Source: Phallusia mammillata (taxonomy: Eukaryota). Taken from it: a DNA stretch of 64,000 bases. Below, one piece after another: positions 23,858-37,429 of this stretch. Each line of letters opens with the position of its first letter. Position 1 is the stretch's first letter. The notes under the pieces are model-generated. The model was given only the letters and a program-made list of their open reading frames with translations, did not search any database and was not told where the DNA came from. The position numbers and the translations under genes are program-made. The stretch lies in the NCBI GenBank assembly GCA_965637545.1, contig OZ281498.1, positions 10,726,001-10,790,000 on the forward strand. The letters run 5' to 3'.

Positions 23858-24667
23858 TGTGGCGAAAATATTTCACCTTTAGTTATTTAAGTACACTGTA
23901 CATCATTTGGTATTTGCTTTCGTTTGGTTTGTTTCACATTTTAAAACATGTTTATTTGTGTGTCGTCTCCACAATTGTTTCACATTAATGTGTTTGCTTA
24001 TGTTTCACTTATGTCTAGCTTAAAAATGCGTTTCACCTTTATTACCTTTTTTTAACGTTATTCACACCTTTGTCTTTCTTTCACTCAAACCATATATTTT
24101 CACTTATCGTTGATTCGTTGCTTTGATTTGTTTGTCCCACCGTTTGTTTTAGTTTGCCTCGCCAGTTTCATTTTTCACGCATTATTGTTCTGCCGCATTT
24201 TCTCAGTAATCACCACTCCCGGGTGTGCCTGATAACCTAATCGTATGGAGGACCGTGATTGGTCAATCGCCTATGTGTCGAGGTCGGCATGTAATCGTTG
24301 CATAAGGAGAGGCAGTCTTCTTGTGGGCGTCTAGTGTGCGGTCGTTTTCCTTGTGACGTTGTTTTGATGTGCAGTGGTAGTTCTCAGGTGAAGAGACCTG
24401 GTTTGTTGACGTTTGTGTAACGTTGTACGTGTTTTATCCTATAATATAATACACTGTGAGACGCCCGTTTAGCAAAACCAGTGTTAGGTAGATCCGGCTT
24501 TCGTGGTGAGCCGTTATTGCAGGGTTCTGGACTGTTTACAGAATTGGGGAGACAGTCTCGGGGAATAGAGCAGATTGGCAGGGCTTTTGGGACTTATTTG
24601 GCAAAGATAATACCGCCACCCGAAATCGCTAGACCCAATTCCGGGCTGTCAAAACAATGCGGTAACA
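23858..24667 (+). mobile_element. Solo LTR (810 bp), copy 1
   Basis: TGT...ACA ends with 4-bp TSD CAGG (23854-23857, 24668-24671). The empty site ACACAGGCATTTATCAACG is visible at 53797-53815. Confidence 0.9.
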
Positions 24668-24683
24668 CAGGCATTTATCAACG

Positions 24684-27600
24684 TGTAACCGAAATTAGTT
24701 AGGTGATCCCGAATTTGGCCTAAGATTTTGGGGAAAGGCGAGATAGTTATCTTTTACTAAATAAAACAAGCTTACCCAACCCTGACCACAAATATAGCGT
24801 GATCACCGCCCCTAACTTGGTAAAAACCAGGTCACCCTGCACTAACGGCTTACCGCTAAAACCAAAGTTGAGATGGTCACACCGAACAGGGCCTCAACTA
24901 AAACAAGTTTAATAAAATATATAAAAGGCGATAACACTAAATAACGAGCGCCTTTCAACGTTTCAACACAATACGATACAATACAAAATCCAGCGCTACC
25001 ACGTTCTTCCACTGCACTTACAAGTCACAACACTGCGTACCACACGAGGCCCAAGCGAGAACTGCCTCAAATCTAAAACGAAGCACGGCAGGCACAAAGT
25101 CACGTGATCTCTGCGTCCAATTACAACGTACAGGTGCGACACGTCGACGTCCAAATCATTGGTTCGAGACAATTGATAAAGGAAGCGAATGTAGCGGTAC
25201 ATTAAAACGTGTGAATACATAACGTGAAAACGCAAATACAAACGATTATAACGTTAAATAAAAGTGTGAGTGGTAAACATTATGAAAAGTGTGCGTGGTA
25301 AATATTAACAACATTGTGAAAACAAGGTACATTAAAACAAAGAGTGTAAAAAATCATTAGGAAAACAACTGTGAAAATAAAGTAACAAACTTATGAAACA
25401 TTAATTATTACCGGTGCAGGAATAAAACAAAGAAAATAACAATGTGCGTACGCGCTCATTACACACCCCCTCTCAGTTCACGTCCTACACCGTTAGGACT
25501 AGACATTAGGATAAAACACAGTTTGTCGCCGATTTCGCCTCGGTCGCAGATCTTCCAATCGTTCAGCCACATTCTGTATGTCTGCGCCCAATCCGGTATC
25601 ATCATCGACGGGCGCAGCATTTCCCTTGCCGCTGTCTTCATGGTTTTCGTCTTCACTTGGTTCGCTTTCAATAGGTTCGTCTTCAGCGCCTTCGTCTTCA
25701 ACTTCCTCACGCCCCGTCGCTCTTTGCATAGCACTGTTGTCATTGGCAGTTGGAACCCAAAAGTGACTGCCTGCTTGTGGGACATTGTTCTCGGTTGTTG
25801 GATTTTCTTCCCCACTCTCTTCTTGTCTGTTGTACTCCATGTCGACCTTTTTGAACCTGTTGTAGTGCACTGTTTGAATCGCACCTTGTTCGTCCTGAAT
25901 CACATGATTAACTGTGCCTTGTGTTGCTACAATTTTAAAAGGACCTTTGTAAGGTTGCAAAAACTTACGACAACCATCTTTTGCCACCACCGTGTTTTCC
26001 AAAAGGACGATATCACCCTCTCGTAATGGTGCGCCATAGATTTTCTTATTGTATCGTTGCTCCATTTGTTGCCTCTGCACTTCTAATGTTTCGCGCGCGA
26101 CCTCCTCCGCAAGCAATAGTCTGGATCGCAATGCTTCCAAATGCACGAATGGCTGGGTAGCTCTTGTTGGTCGCGACGAGATGAGGTCTGCCGGTAAGCG
26201 CAGTTGATGACCTGTTAACAGAAAATGTGGGGATAAGCCAGTACTTTCGTGGCGACTAGCATTGTATGAAGCCACGACCGCCGATAGCGCCTCGTCCCAC
26301 CTCTTGGGATCGCGCTGTACATAGTTGCGAAGCATCGAAATGATCGTACGGTTATTTCTTTCGACGCCGCCGTTTCCAGCTGGGTGGTAAGCTGTCGTGC
26401 GGCTTTTAGTACACCCCATCAACCGCACCAGTTCTGCAAACAATTCGCTTTCAAAGTTCCCGCCACGGTCAGAGTGTATAATCTCCGGGACGCCATGGAC
26501 CGTAAGCCACCTGTGGAACAAAATACCCGCAGTTTCATGAGCACTCTGGTGTCGCATCGGCCATGCTCGAACATACTTGGTAAACAAGTCACAGGAAACT
26601 AAAACATACTGATACCCAGACCTGGTCAGAGGCAAAGGCCCCAAAACATCGATCTCGATTCTTTGCATTGGTCGCACTTCTTGTGAAGGTACCAGATGTG
26701 CTCGTATGGTCGTGCTGGGTTTCTTGTTCATATTGCACATGTTGCATCTCCGACAGTGTGCCTCGGTGTCCTTCCTCCACTGAACCAGTAAAAACGTTCA
26801 GATATTTTTCCTAAAGTTTTGGCGATACCTAAATGTCCTCCACCAAGCGCCATGTCATGGCAAGCGGTTAACACGTCTTCCCGCATGGAGATGGGTACGA
26901 CGAGTTTGGTTACTTCTTCAGAAGCCTGAGTAACACAGTTATCGTAAATAAACAGCATATTATCACGACATGTTAACTTGCTAAAAACACTCCAGAAATG
27001 CCTGGACTCGGCGGATAGATGCTTAACATTACGAAACGACGGCCTAATACCTCGTTGAACCCAAGATAACACCGGTTTGAGATGTTGATCGGTGTGTTGG
27101 GCTTCTACAATCGTCGACAAATTATACCCAGATACATCTCTTAAATCAACTGAAAATACCTCGGTCTGTGCTCCCCCATCCACGATCACATACGGAAACC
27201 CATCATCTTCAGGAACACGGCTCAATGCATCGGCATTCGAATGTTTGGTTCCCGGTCTGTGAGACATCTCAAAATGGTAGGCGGCCAAGTGTTCTACCCA
27301 ACGTGCGCACTGACCATACAATTCGCGAGATCGCCAAAGCCATCGTAACGACGAGTGATCTGTTCGAAGAAGAAAGTTTTTGCCCAACAAGTAACAACGA
27401 AAAAGTTTGGTCGCAAAAATAACTGCTAACAGCTCTTTACGGGTAGTGGAGTAATGCCTTTCCGCTATACTCAAAAGTTCGACTTCCGTATGCTACCACG
27501 TGCTCCTTTCCATCGATCACCTGTCCAAGAACACAACCAACAGCATTACCGGAGGCATCGGTATCTAACACAAACCGCTTTGTAAAATCTGGATAACGCA

Positions 27601-30600
27601 GCACAGGAGCTGCGGCAAGCGCTAGTTTTAATGATGAAAACGCTTGTTGACATTGATCAGTCCATATAAAACGGCAGCCTTTTTCGGTTAATTTATGTAA
27701 GGGAGCAGCAATAGATGCATAGCCTTTTACAAACTTGCGGTAGTAGGATGTTAAGCCTACAAATTGACGCACATGTTTGACACTCCTCGGGATCGGCCAT
27801 TCTTTGACAGCCCGAACCGTATCGGGATCACATAAAATACCTTGCTTTGAGACAATGTGACCGAGGAATCGCACTTCATCTTTAAAGAGGTCGCATTTTG
27901 AAGGTTTGAGGGTTAACCCAGCTTTGATCAACCTTAGAAGAACATCCTCCAGACGACGCATATGTTCATCGAAGCTCCTGGCGTAAATAATGATGTCATC
28001 TAGATATGCCAGCGCATCCTGCCATTCAATGCCCTGCAGTACAATTCGCATTAATCTCTGAAAACTAGCCGCAGAGTTACATAAGCCCATCGGCATGACG
28101 TTGAACTCAAAAAGGCCCATGTGACTAGCGAATGCAGTCTTTTCTCGTGAACGTTCATCCATTGGTATTTGCCAATAGCCGGATTTTAGGTCTAGCGTCG
28201 AAAAATACACGGAACCGGACATTTCGTCTAGGCTGTCATCGATCCGCGGTATCGGATAGCTATTTTTCTTAGTAACTTCATTCACCTGACGATAATCAAC
28301 ACAAAAGCGTAGCTCACCACTCTTCTTTTTCACCAAAACAATGGAACTGGACCATGGAGATGTCGAAGGGCGAATCAGTCCTTGTTCTCGCATTTCCCCA
28401 ATTATGTTCTCCACTTGTTGCTTATGGGTTTGGGCCATATGTCGTGGTGGTTGACGAACAGGTGGGGCATCGCCGGTGTCGATAACGTGACGCGAAATAC
28501 TGGTTCGTCCAAGGTCTAAACTAATTGTTGAAAATGCATTCTGGTGACGGCGTAGAAGATTCAAAACTTCATTTAATTGACTGGAATTGATCCCCGAGCC
28601 GATGGTAACTCCGTCTCGGACGGCCTTCCAGTGTTCTCCGTCGTTCGGTACTCTTTCATCTTGACCCTTCTGCGAAACAATGCACACATCGGTCAACCTT
28701 TGTGAACGCCACGCATTTCTGCATACACATTTATCATGGGAACTTTGACCGATAAACGCAACATTCATGTATTAGACTATCAATGTGACCATAAGCATGC
28801 ACCGGTGTAACTGTAGCTATGCGGGTCCCGTCAAGCACATCGATCGTCTCATCGCTAAAGTTAGCCAGACGAACTTTAACTTTATTACCTTTGACTACGC
28901 CCAAACAGTTTCGTAGACCCGTCCGTTCACAAAAACGCTTCGTAGACCCGTCCGTTCACAAAACTCCTCGTTACGGCTTACTAACACGGAAAAAGTAGGA
29001 ACAGTTTTAGGATACAATCATAAGGTAAGCTTGTGGCCACGTACACAACAGAACTTACATCTAAATCTCCTAATTTAATGGAGATAGTGGCTTTACCCAA
29101 AACGTTTATGGACTTGCCCGTGACTCCCGAGAGGTATTCGTCATTCCCGAGGGGAACCAGTTTGCTGTCGACCATCTTCTGCTTAATAACATCCCACAAG
29201 CGTTGGTTTGAAATGGTAACGGAGGCACCAGTGTCAACCAATGCACAAGTGACAACACCTCCTGTCATCATATTAACAAACCGGGGTAATGTCTTTTTAA
29301 CAATATGCTTACGGCCAGAACCGGCCGATGTAGGTTTGGAAGGTCCTAAGGGTTTGCTTGGTCCTCTCGGTCTCGGTCTGTGGACACTTTTAGAAAAGGT
29401 TTAGAAAACGTGGAACTTTGGTACATTCTATCACGTCTTACACCACTGTATTGCTCACCATATCTGCAGAACCGACGTAAATGACCAACCTCACCACAGC
29501 CATAGCATCGGGGTTGTTCTTTAAAGACGCCTCTCCCCGGGCGATATCCGCCAGCTGGAAATTGATTGGGTCCTGAACGCCTCATCACGAATTTGCTTCA
29601 CGTCAGCTTGGAGCGCCGAAACTGCGTCAGCCAGCGCTTTAGAATTGTCTTGCCATTCTTTCCTGAGGTCCTCAATCAGCTGAAGTTGTGGGTCGTTTTT
29701 CAACGTTTTTTTCACCGGCATTACTGGTAATGGACCCTGGCTCGTAGTTCCAATCACACATTCGGCCACAGACTAAAAGTCACGTTTGTATCCTAGCTGT
29801 TTAGGAATGTTAATAGCCGCTGACTGATCAGCTAAATCAAGCAATAGTAAGGAGTACAACACTTCGTTTCGGACTGACTCGTCCTTAGGATATGCTTTGT
29901 CTGCCATTGCCTTCAAAGCATAGACAAATTCCTTGTTAGATTCCTGGGGCAATTGCCGCCGGCGAAACAAATTAGCGCGCATCTGATGCAAAATCACGTC
30001 GCTCTTGTTTAATTTTCGCACACGTTCAATGATCTGTTCGTAAGTCAGTTCAAACACGCAGCTGTCCTTTCCTTGCACTGACCAACGCAAGTCGTCATCA
30101 ATGGTTGTTAAAAACATGTGGCGCTTTACTTCCTCCGATGCCTTCACGCTGTTGCAGTACGAGTCAAACTGCGTTATAAACCCATCTACATCCATTCCAG
30201 GCGTATACCGCGGAGGAGTTATAAAAACGTTAAAAGCCATGTTAAAAAGTAAAACTGTAAAACACTAAAACTATACAAAAAGTTGAGATGGTCACACCGA
30301 ACAGGGCCTGAACTAAAACAAGTTTAATAAAATATACAAAGACGATAACATTAGATAACGAGCGCCTTTCAACGTTTCAACACAATACGATACAATACAA
30401 AATCCAGCGCTACCACAAGCGAACTGCCTCAAATCTAAAACGAAGCACGGCAGGCACAAAGTCACGTGATCTCTTCGTCCAATTACAACGTACAGGTGCG
30501 ACACGTCGACGTCCAAGTCATTGGTGCGAGACAATTGATAAAGGAAGCGAATGTAGCGGTACATTAAAACGTGTGAATACATAACGTGAAAACGCAAATA

Positions 30601-30846
30601 CAAACAAATATAACGTTAAATAAAAGTGTGAGTGGTAAACATTATGAAAAGTGTGCGTGGTAAATATTATCAAAATATGAACAAATATTAACAACATTGT
30701 GAAAACAAGGTACATTAAAACAAAGAGTGTAGAAAAACATTAGGAAAACAATTGTGAAAATAAAGTAACAAACTTATGAAACATTAATTATTACCGGTGC
30801 AGGAATAAAACAAAGAAAATAACAATGTGCGTACGCGCTCATTACA
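24684..30846 (-). mobile_element. Gypsy (Ty3) LTR retrotransposon, defective copy A
   Basis: 3' LTR at 24684-25463 (TGTAA...TTACA), PPT GAGAGGGGG next to it, gag-PR-RT-RH-INT order on -. The 5' LTR (~30281-30846) has lost its U5 end and PBS through a ~245-bp deletion relative to copy B. Confidence 0.95.
25499..30240 (-). pseudogene. gag-pol: Fragmented gag-pol of Gypsy copy A
   Basis: CYGCGEVGHLRRFC knuckle, LVDTGAS protease, YLDD RT, LDTDAS RNase H, HLG..C..C and HSDRG integrase, GPF motif. Has the lesions shared with copy B plus extra frameshifts near 26785, 29390 and 29580. Confidence 0.93.
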
Positions 30847-33719
30847 CAACCAACAGCAGTCTTCCTCCGTTGCAACCGATACAACCTTGCGTGCCACAGT
30901 AAATTTATTAAAAGATGTAACAGTCACCACACAACCCCCTACTTCCAAACGTCGTGGGGCCACGTCTCTTAGACAATTCGTCTCTTAGACAAACCCGATG
31001 CAACATACAATTGGATTTATGACAAATAATTCAGCTTACTCTAGTATTAACGTGTGTTTCACTAGCTTACAGAACAAATATAGGCGGTCTGCAGTGTAGC
31101 GTTTCATATAATCTTTCCATATGTCACCGAGCGTGCAAAAATCGTGTAATCAAAGTCAATTTATGTTTATGTAACTGTTATAGAATAAGAACAAATTGAA
31201 CAATTGAATAAGTTAAGTTAAAGGTATTCAGATTAAAGCAGGAATAATTTTGAATTTATCAAACAAGAAGCAAACCAAATGGTGCAAAAACAAATCAAGT
31301 AAACAGTACCTGGTCAGTGACCTTGATGGAACCTGATGTTTTTTGCACGTACTTACATACTTGCGCAACACGTTCGTGGTTTTAAGAGCTCCTGCCACGC
31401 CATATAACCCACATTATGTAACGAATTAATGTTTGAAGTGCAAAAATGCATATCCGAAAATAGCTTTTGACAACTGTGCTATCGTCAAACATGTTTTTGT
31501 GAGGTTTTTTTTACCGAGCTTCGCACGCAATCAGCAAAAAAAAGTTCGCACTTACTCCTGCGAGTAAATGTCATTCTCTTTAAAATATTTTTTACCTCTA
31601 AGAGTTTTGCAAGTTTTAAAGGGGTTTCATCGTCAGGTTGAACAGTTGTATACTTTTCGAGCAAGATGTGGAACTTCAAATTCGTTTTGCTGTGTCTTCT
31701 ATTTGCTTCAATTGCTGTTGTAACTTGCCATTTCATGGACTCCGTGGCAAACAAGTAAGGCTTTAATACCTTCATTAAAATTTGTTTTTGAAAAAAAGGT
31801 GATCATTAAATTGGTTTGGTCATCAGACTTTTATAATTCGGTGATAAGATAAAATTAGCTTTTGACGAAAGCACCTGAAAGCATAACTATTAATATAAAG
31901 CTCACGGTGACCGGCTGATTCGGTATAAGGCCTTTAATAAGCCTACCGTATTAAGATTTCTATATGGGTGCGCTCTGATTGTTGGTCTGCATAAACGCTT
32001 CAGAGCTGATTCCAGTTATGAATTTGTGTACATCTTAATCATTATTACATACCTTTTACGTTGTGAACACAAAAATGTGTTTATTTCAATAGGTGGCGCG
32101 CGGTAGACCTGCAGCACTAAATGATGACCTAACTGTGCAAGAAAAGTTCGACTTTTACCAAGAAGAAAATAAAGCCTAGAAGTAGCAACAAGATTTTGCA
32201 AACTCGTAATAGTAATGTTACAAAATGTCTTTCCAAAATAAAACATGATACAGGTCTTGTACATACAGTGGTGTGGTGAAGAGGATTTTTGAGCAACAAT
32301 AAATTGTAGGTCTTTTGGTTAAAGATTTAAGATAAGGCAAGATTAATATGATCAAACTGAAATACAGCATAACAAAGTGCATGACAAAGCGGAATTAAAA
32401 CGATTTTTTTATAAAGCTAAATAACCGTCTGGTGCAGAAACGCTGCCGATTGTATAACTTTTACGATCAGCTTGTTGTAATTGCAAAACTTTAGATCAGG
32501 GGTCAGCAACCTTATCATGTTTGTGACACACCAAACGATTTGCAAAATTATGTTCCTCTTGGTACAAAATGCACGGTTCTAAATATTTTTAGGGCAAAAG
32601 CCCCGTTATGAGAAATAAAATCAACAGAAGGGATGCAACTTGGTGCCGTACAACAATAAAACAATGAGTAACGCAAACTTAAAGATAAAGCAATTATGCG
32701 AATACATTTACCTATATTTGATGCAATTCAAGAAAATGCGTTGCTGGTTTCCAGCAGTTATATGATGCAAGTCCAAGTATGGAGTAGTCGTGGGACCACG
32801 TTTCGTTGACAATCCGTTACCGCGATGCAAATTTCAGTTGCATTTATGACGTTAGTTGACCGTAAATCGTCCAGCGTGCAAAAATCGTTTAATCATCGTC
32901 AATTTCTGTTTAAGTAACAGTTATAATAAAGCACACATTAACAATTGAATGAATTAAGTTAAATTTATTCAAAATAAAGCAGGAATTATTTTGAACTTGA
33001 TAACAATAAGGACCAAACCAAATAGTACAAAAACAAAGCAAGTAAGCAGGTGTAATCGACGACGTGACCTTAAAGCACCCGTTGCTTTTTGCTCGTAATT
33101 ACATACTTGCTTAACACGTTCACAGTTGTAAGAGCTCTGGTTACGCCACATAACTCACATTACCGAATCCTAAATATCGAAACGCACCGTTCTACCGTAC
33201 CGTACCTTCAGATACACCAATCTGGATCAGGTCGGATAGATTTTATGACATGCACTTAAAGGAGAGGTGTCCAAACAAGCTGCCCCACTACAAAACCAGC
33301 TTTCGAAATAAAGGTTGATGTGCTTTCTATGATGGGTTCGGTCAGAGACAGTGTGTGTTATATATTCAACTGCATGTTTTTTAAAGTCAAATCATTACTG
33401 CGAAAGAGACTACAACACTAGCTAGCTTTTTTTTAACTAACTTGAGAATCAATTCCACATGTCAAATTAATTTCTGATTTTGTCATGTGGGCGTTTTAAT
33501 TAGGCCTACAGCGTGTTTAACCCTCATTTTGCATAGCGGTCAGTCCGTAAGCACAAAATATTAAGCAGTGACCTCATAAACATTTTTGAATCCTCTTTTG
33601 GAACAGGGACATTGTGATGAAATCAGTTCATAAACCTATCAAATCCAAGTTTTTGATATTTTTTATATTATCTGCAAATGTTAGCGATCCAAAAATGACC
33701 GTTTAGATAATTTTTATCA

Positions 33720-33852
33720 CGGTCGTACGGTACGCTTTTGGTACGGTGGTACGCACTGGTGAAGCACCGTACCACATACCGTACCCATACCTCAGCTTTC
33801 TTGGCGTACCGCACCACAGTACCGTGCTGAATTTTTCTACGTACCCTACAGC
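33720..33852. repeat. GTACC/GGTAC-rich degenerate repeat patch, probably a non-autonomous element remnant; second copy at ~50938-51069
   Basis: Dense CGTACC/GGTACG motifs in both orientations; only a short trace exists at ~21058 in segment S1. Confidence 0.45.
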
Positions 33853-34277
33853 CATCCTTTTCCAGTAACCAGCTACTTAGCTAGGTAATTTTATTTAAAA
33901 ACATGTACGAATAAAAAGTCCGGCCCGATTCAAGCCCTCAAAATAGTGTTTGTGACTTGGTTCAAATGTTTGCGTTTCTCAATGCGAGCACTTTTATAGT
34001 CTATCCAGTTTTCTTATACAGCTGCATAAAATTGAAGCCGCACAAGTTAACACAATTATATTGCGTTAGTGTATTATTTTTAATGAAATGTACATAAACC
34101 GAAAACACTTAGGACGTTTCTGAAAATCAGATGTTGATCTTTAAAGAAGTAATTACTTCTTCCCATTATAGGTTCTGAAAAAATAAAGATTTTATTTACT
34201 TGTGGCGATGGTAAGTTTAAACCGATATAACATATGTTTCACAACATTGATTTGGATCACTGAAAAAATACAGACAA

Positions 34278-35674
34278 CTAATATTTCCCACGAATGCGGT
34301 AAACTTGATTTGCCCATGATCCTCCTTCACCGTCATGTCCACAGTTGGTGCTTGCTCCATATTTGTTGTAAGTCAGATCGGCGTCAGGTGCTCCAGCGCA
34401 CCAACCACCGTGTTGCAGTGCAAAGACTTCATATCCTCGCGCATGCGCAGCTTGAATACATTTGGCGATGGCGTCGCGGCGTGAGCCGTAACTTCCGTCC
34501 AGGACTGGGTCGAGTCCCTCAAGTGTCGTAATGGCACGATTTGATGTGTCTCTCCAACACCCGAGATTGTCAAGAACAACTGAAAACAAAAATATGTTGT
34601 TCGTTTATTCAATTTCATGAAAACTTTTCTTATTATGACATAATAGGTTGAACGATTTTTTGTCGTTGAAATATTTTTGTGTTTTCACCCATAGCTTCTC
34701 ACCTTCGGAAATAGAGGCGATTTCGTAAACCTGATTGGCCCAACTACCACCTTCACCGTCAGACCCACATCCGCTGCTTCCCCCATATTTACGGTAAGTA
34801 TCACGGGCTGTGGATGAACTGGCGCACCAACCTCCGTGCTAAAAGAAAGAAATAGCAAAAATTATCGGAAAATAATTCTATTTAACATATAAACTGATAA
34901 CATATATTTGAAAACATTCTGCTACAGAGCTCGAATTGACCATGATATTTAGGTTTCAGTTTTATGTCTAGTGTTGTTGATGATGACACATTTGTTTTTC
35001 AACAACTGTCGCGTTATTAGGAAAATTCTTGTAGCAATCCTTAATTTTGCTTGACAGTTTAACGAATAAAAATGTTTTGATATAAAAGGATGAAGCCAAC
35101 AAATGATAAGTAAGCTGTCGACAGTGTACACCGTGTCGACCTAAAGGGTTTCATCAGTGCAGCTGGTGACAAAAGATAAGCCGTATTGGCTTGTGTTGCC
35201 ATCTAACGGTACAGCAGTTTGTTTTGAGTATCATATTTTCATCAAAAAATCGTGTTTCTGCGTTACCTGAAGAGCAAATACGTCATCGCCATGGTTGTGA
35301 GCGACTCTGGCGCATTTTGCAATCGCGTTGGATCTTGAACCGTATAGCTGCCATCAAGAATAGCATCTCCTTCTCTCGTAGGAATTGCTCTGGTCCCGGT
35401 GTCTTCCCAACATCCGAGATTGTTGTAAGTAACTACATCAAAAAATGGCATAGTTATGAATCCAATACTTTTAATTAGTCAACAGCTTGTTGATTATAAA
35501 GATATGTTTACTCGCATTGTGAGTTGAATATGCATCAACCTATTTTAACAATTTGTACGTATATAACTACTTTGCACTTTTGGTTGTTACACCATTTAAT
35601 TTACCTGGGTAATAAATCACTGCGCTTGCAGCCCCAATGAAAACATACGCGATTGTCAAACTGAATATCTTCAT
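34278..35674 (-). pseudogene. W2: frameshifted WSC-like paralog
   Basis: Same exon layout as W1. A 2-nt TA duplication in exon 2 (CGTATAGCTG at ~35341 versus CGTAGCTG in W1 and W3) shifts the frame, and a 26-bp deletion changes the C-terminus to RIRGKY*. Confidence 0.85.
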
Positions 35675-36620
35675 CGTAACTGAAACAAAATAAAGATGTA
35701 TGAATAAACCAACTTTGATTTTTAAATAACAAAATCATATTTAATACCGTTGAAATCGTATGCTGTTGCATTTCGGTCTAAGTGCTGACATTAAATATTA
35801 CTTTGTTGAAATGCAGTAATAATTAGATTTATTGTAGAAAAATGTTACCTTTTGTAGACAGTCGACTTGTGACGGTTTCTCAAAGTAAAGTTGTTGTTGA
35901 TGAGTCGATGAAACTGATGATTTTGCTCAACAAACCTCCACTCTTTTATATCAGTAACTTGGTAATTTCCGTCGGTTCTCCAGGCTACTTTTCTTGCTTG
36001 TAATGCAGTGGTTATTGACTCACTCGCCTGGTCGAGTTGTTTACGCTCAGATATATTTTCCTCCGGCAATTCCCTGTTGTTTTTCGATGCAAAGTGAAAA
36101 TTGTAAGTACTTCGAAAATCTTGACGAAAACCGGTCCTGGATAAACACAGTCGAAATCACCCTGGTGGTGTTTTTGCCAGTTTCGAAAAAACAAAAAGAC
36201 GAGTTTCGGAAATCTCTGCCTTTGCTCGAAACCAAGCTGTAGTTTTCCACCTTGTCAAGCTAATTGCATGTGCGACAAAATCTTCATCATATCTTTATAT
36301 TGCTGTTTCAACATGTAGCAGCTAATAAATCAATTTGCAATGGAAAACTATTGTAATGTAAAGGTATGCTGTTCTGCTTAAAGTACAATGTTACATGATC
36401 AACGAAACTTTGCAAAACGCACTTGATAAATATCATTTAAATATTTGACTGTGATGCAAAGTTTCCTAAAGACGCCAAAAATATTATGTCTATTTGTAAG
36501 TCCTGCTTTGTAAATATGTGGTAATGGGTTTGAAAGCACACGACAGGAACATATAGGGTAATTTTTTTAAATGTGCTATTCTGTAAATGTGTGACAATGG
36601 GTTCGAAAGCACAACACAGG

Positions 36621-37429
36621 TGTGGCGAAAATATTTCACCTTTAGTTATTTAAGTACACTGTACATCATTTGGTATTTGCTTTCGTTTGGTTTGTTTCAC
36701 ATTTTAAAACATGTTCATTTGTGTGTCGTCTCCACAATTGTTTCACATTAATGTGTTTACTTATGTTTCACTTATGTCTAGCTTAAAAATGCGTTTCACC
36801 TTTATTACCTTTTTTAACGTTATTCACACCTTTGTCTTTCTTTCACTCAAACCATATATTTTCACTTATCGTTGATTCGTTGCTTTGATTTGTTTGTCCC
36901 ACCGTTTGTTTTAGTTTGCCTCGCCAGTTTCATTTTTCACGCATTATTGTTCTGCCGCATTTTCTCAGTAATCACCACTCCCGGGTGTGCCTGATAACCT
37001 AATCGTATGGAGGACCGTGATTGGTCAATCGCCTATGTGTCGAGGTCGGCATGTAATCGTTGCATAAGGAGAGGCAGTCTTCTTGTGGGCGTCTAGTGTG
37101 CGGTCGTTTTCCTTGTGACGTTGTTTTGATGTGCAGTGGTAGTTCTCAGGTGAAGAGACCTGGTTTGTTGACGTTTGTGTAACGTTGTACGTGTTTTATC
37201 CTATAATATAATACACTGTGAGACGCCCGTTTAGCAAAACCAGTGTTAGGTAGATCCGGCTTTCGTGGTGAGCCGTTATTGCAGGGTTCTGGACTGTTTA
37301 CAGAATTGGGGAGACAGTCTCGGGGAATAGAGCAGATTGGCAGGGCTTTTGGGACTTATTTGGCAAAGATAATACCGCCACCCGAAATCGCTAGACCCAA
37401 TTCCGGGCTGTCAAAACAATGCGGTAACA
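36621..37429 (+). mobile_element. Solo LTR, copy 2 (co-duplicated with the segment)
   Basis: Near-identical to 23858-24667 with the same CAGG TSD and flanks. Confidence 0.9.

Noticed and set aside
25442-26026. 194-aa plus-strand ORF (also 38204-38788) and other ORFs antisense to pol or inside LTRs
   Set aside because: Shadow frames of the integrase tail or low-complexity LTR sequence, with no recognisable motifs.
24679-30851. CAACG/CAACC as a mutated 5-bp TSD of a single insertion
   Set aside because: The sequence beyond the pentamers belongs to two different loci and the mismatch is identical in both copies; TSD length cannot be determined from this hybrid.
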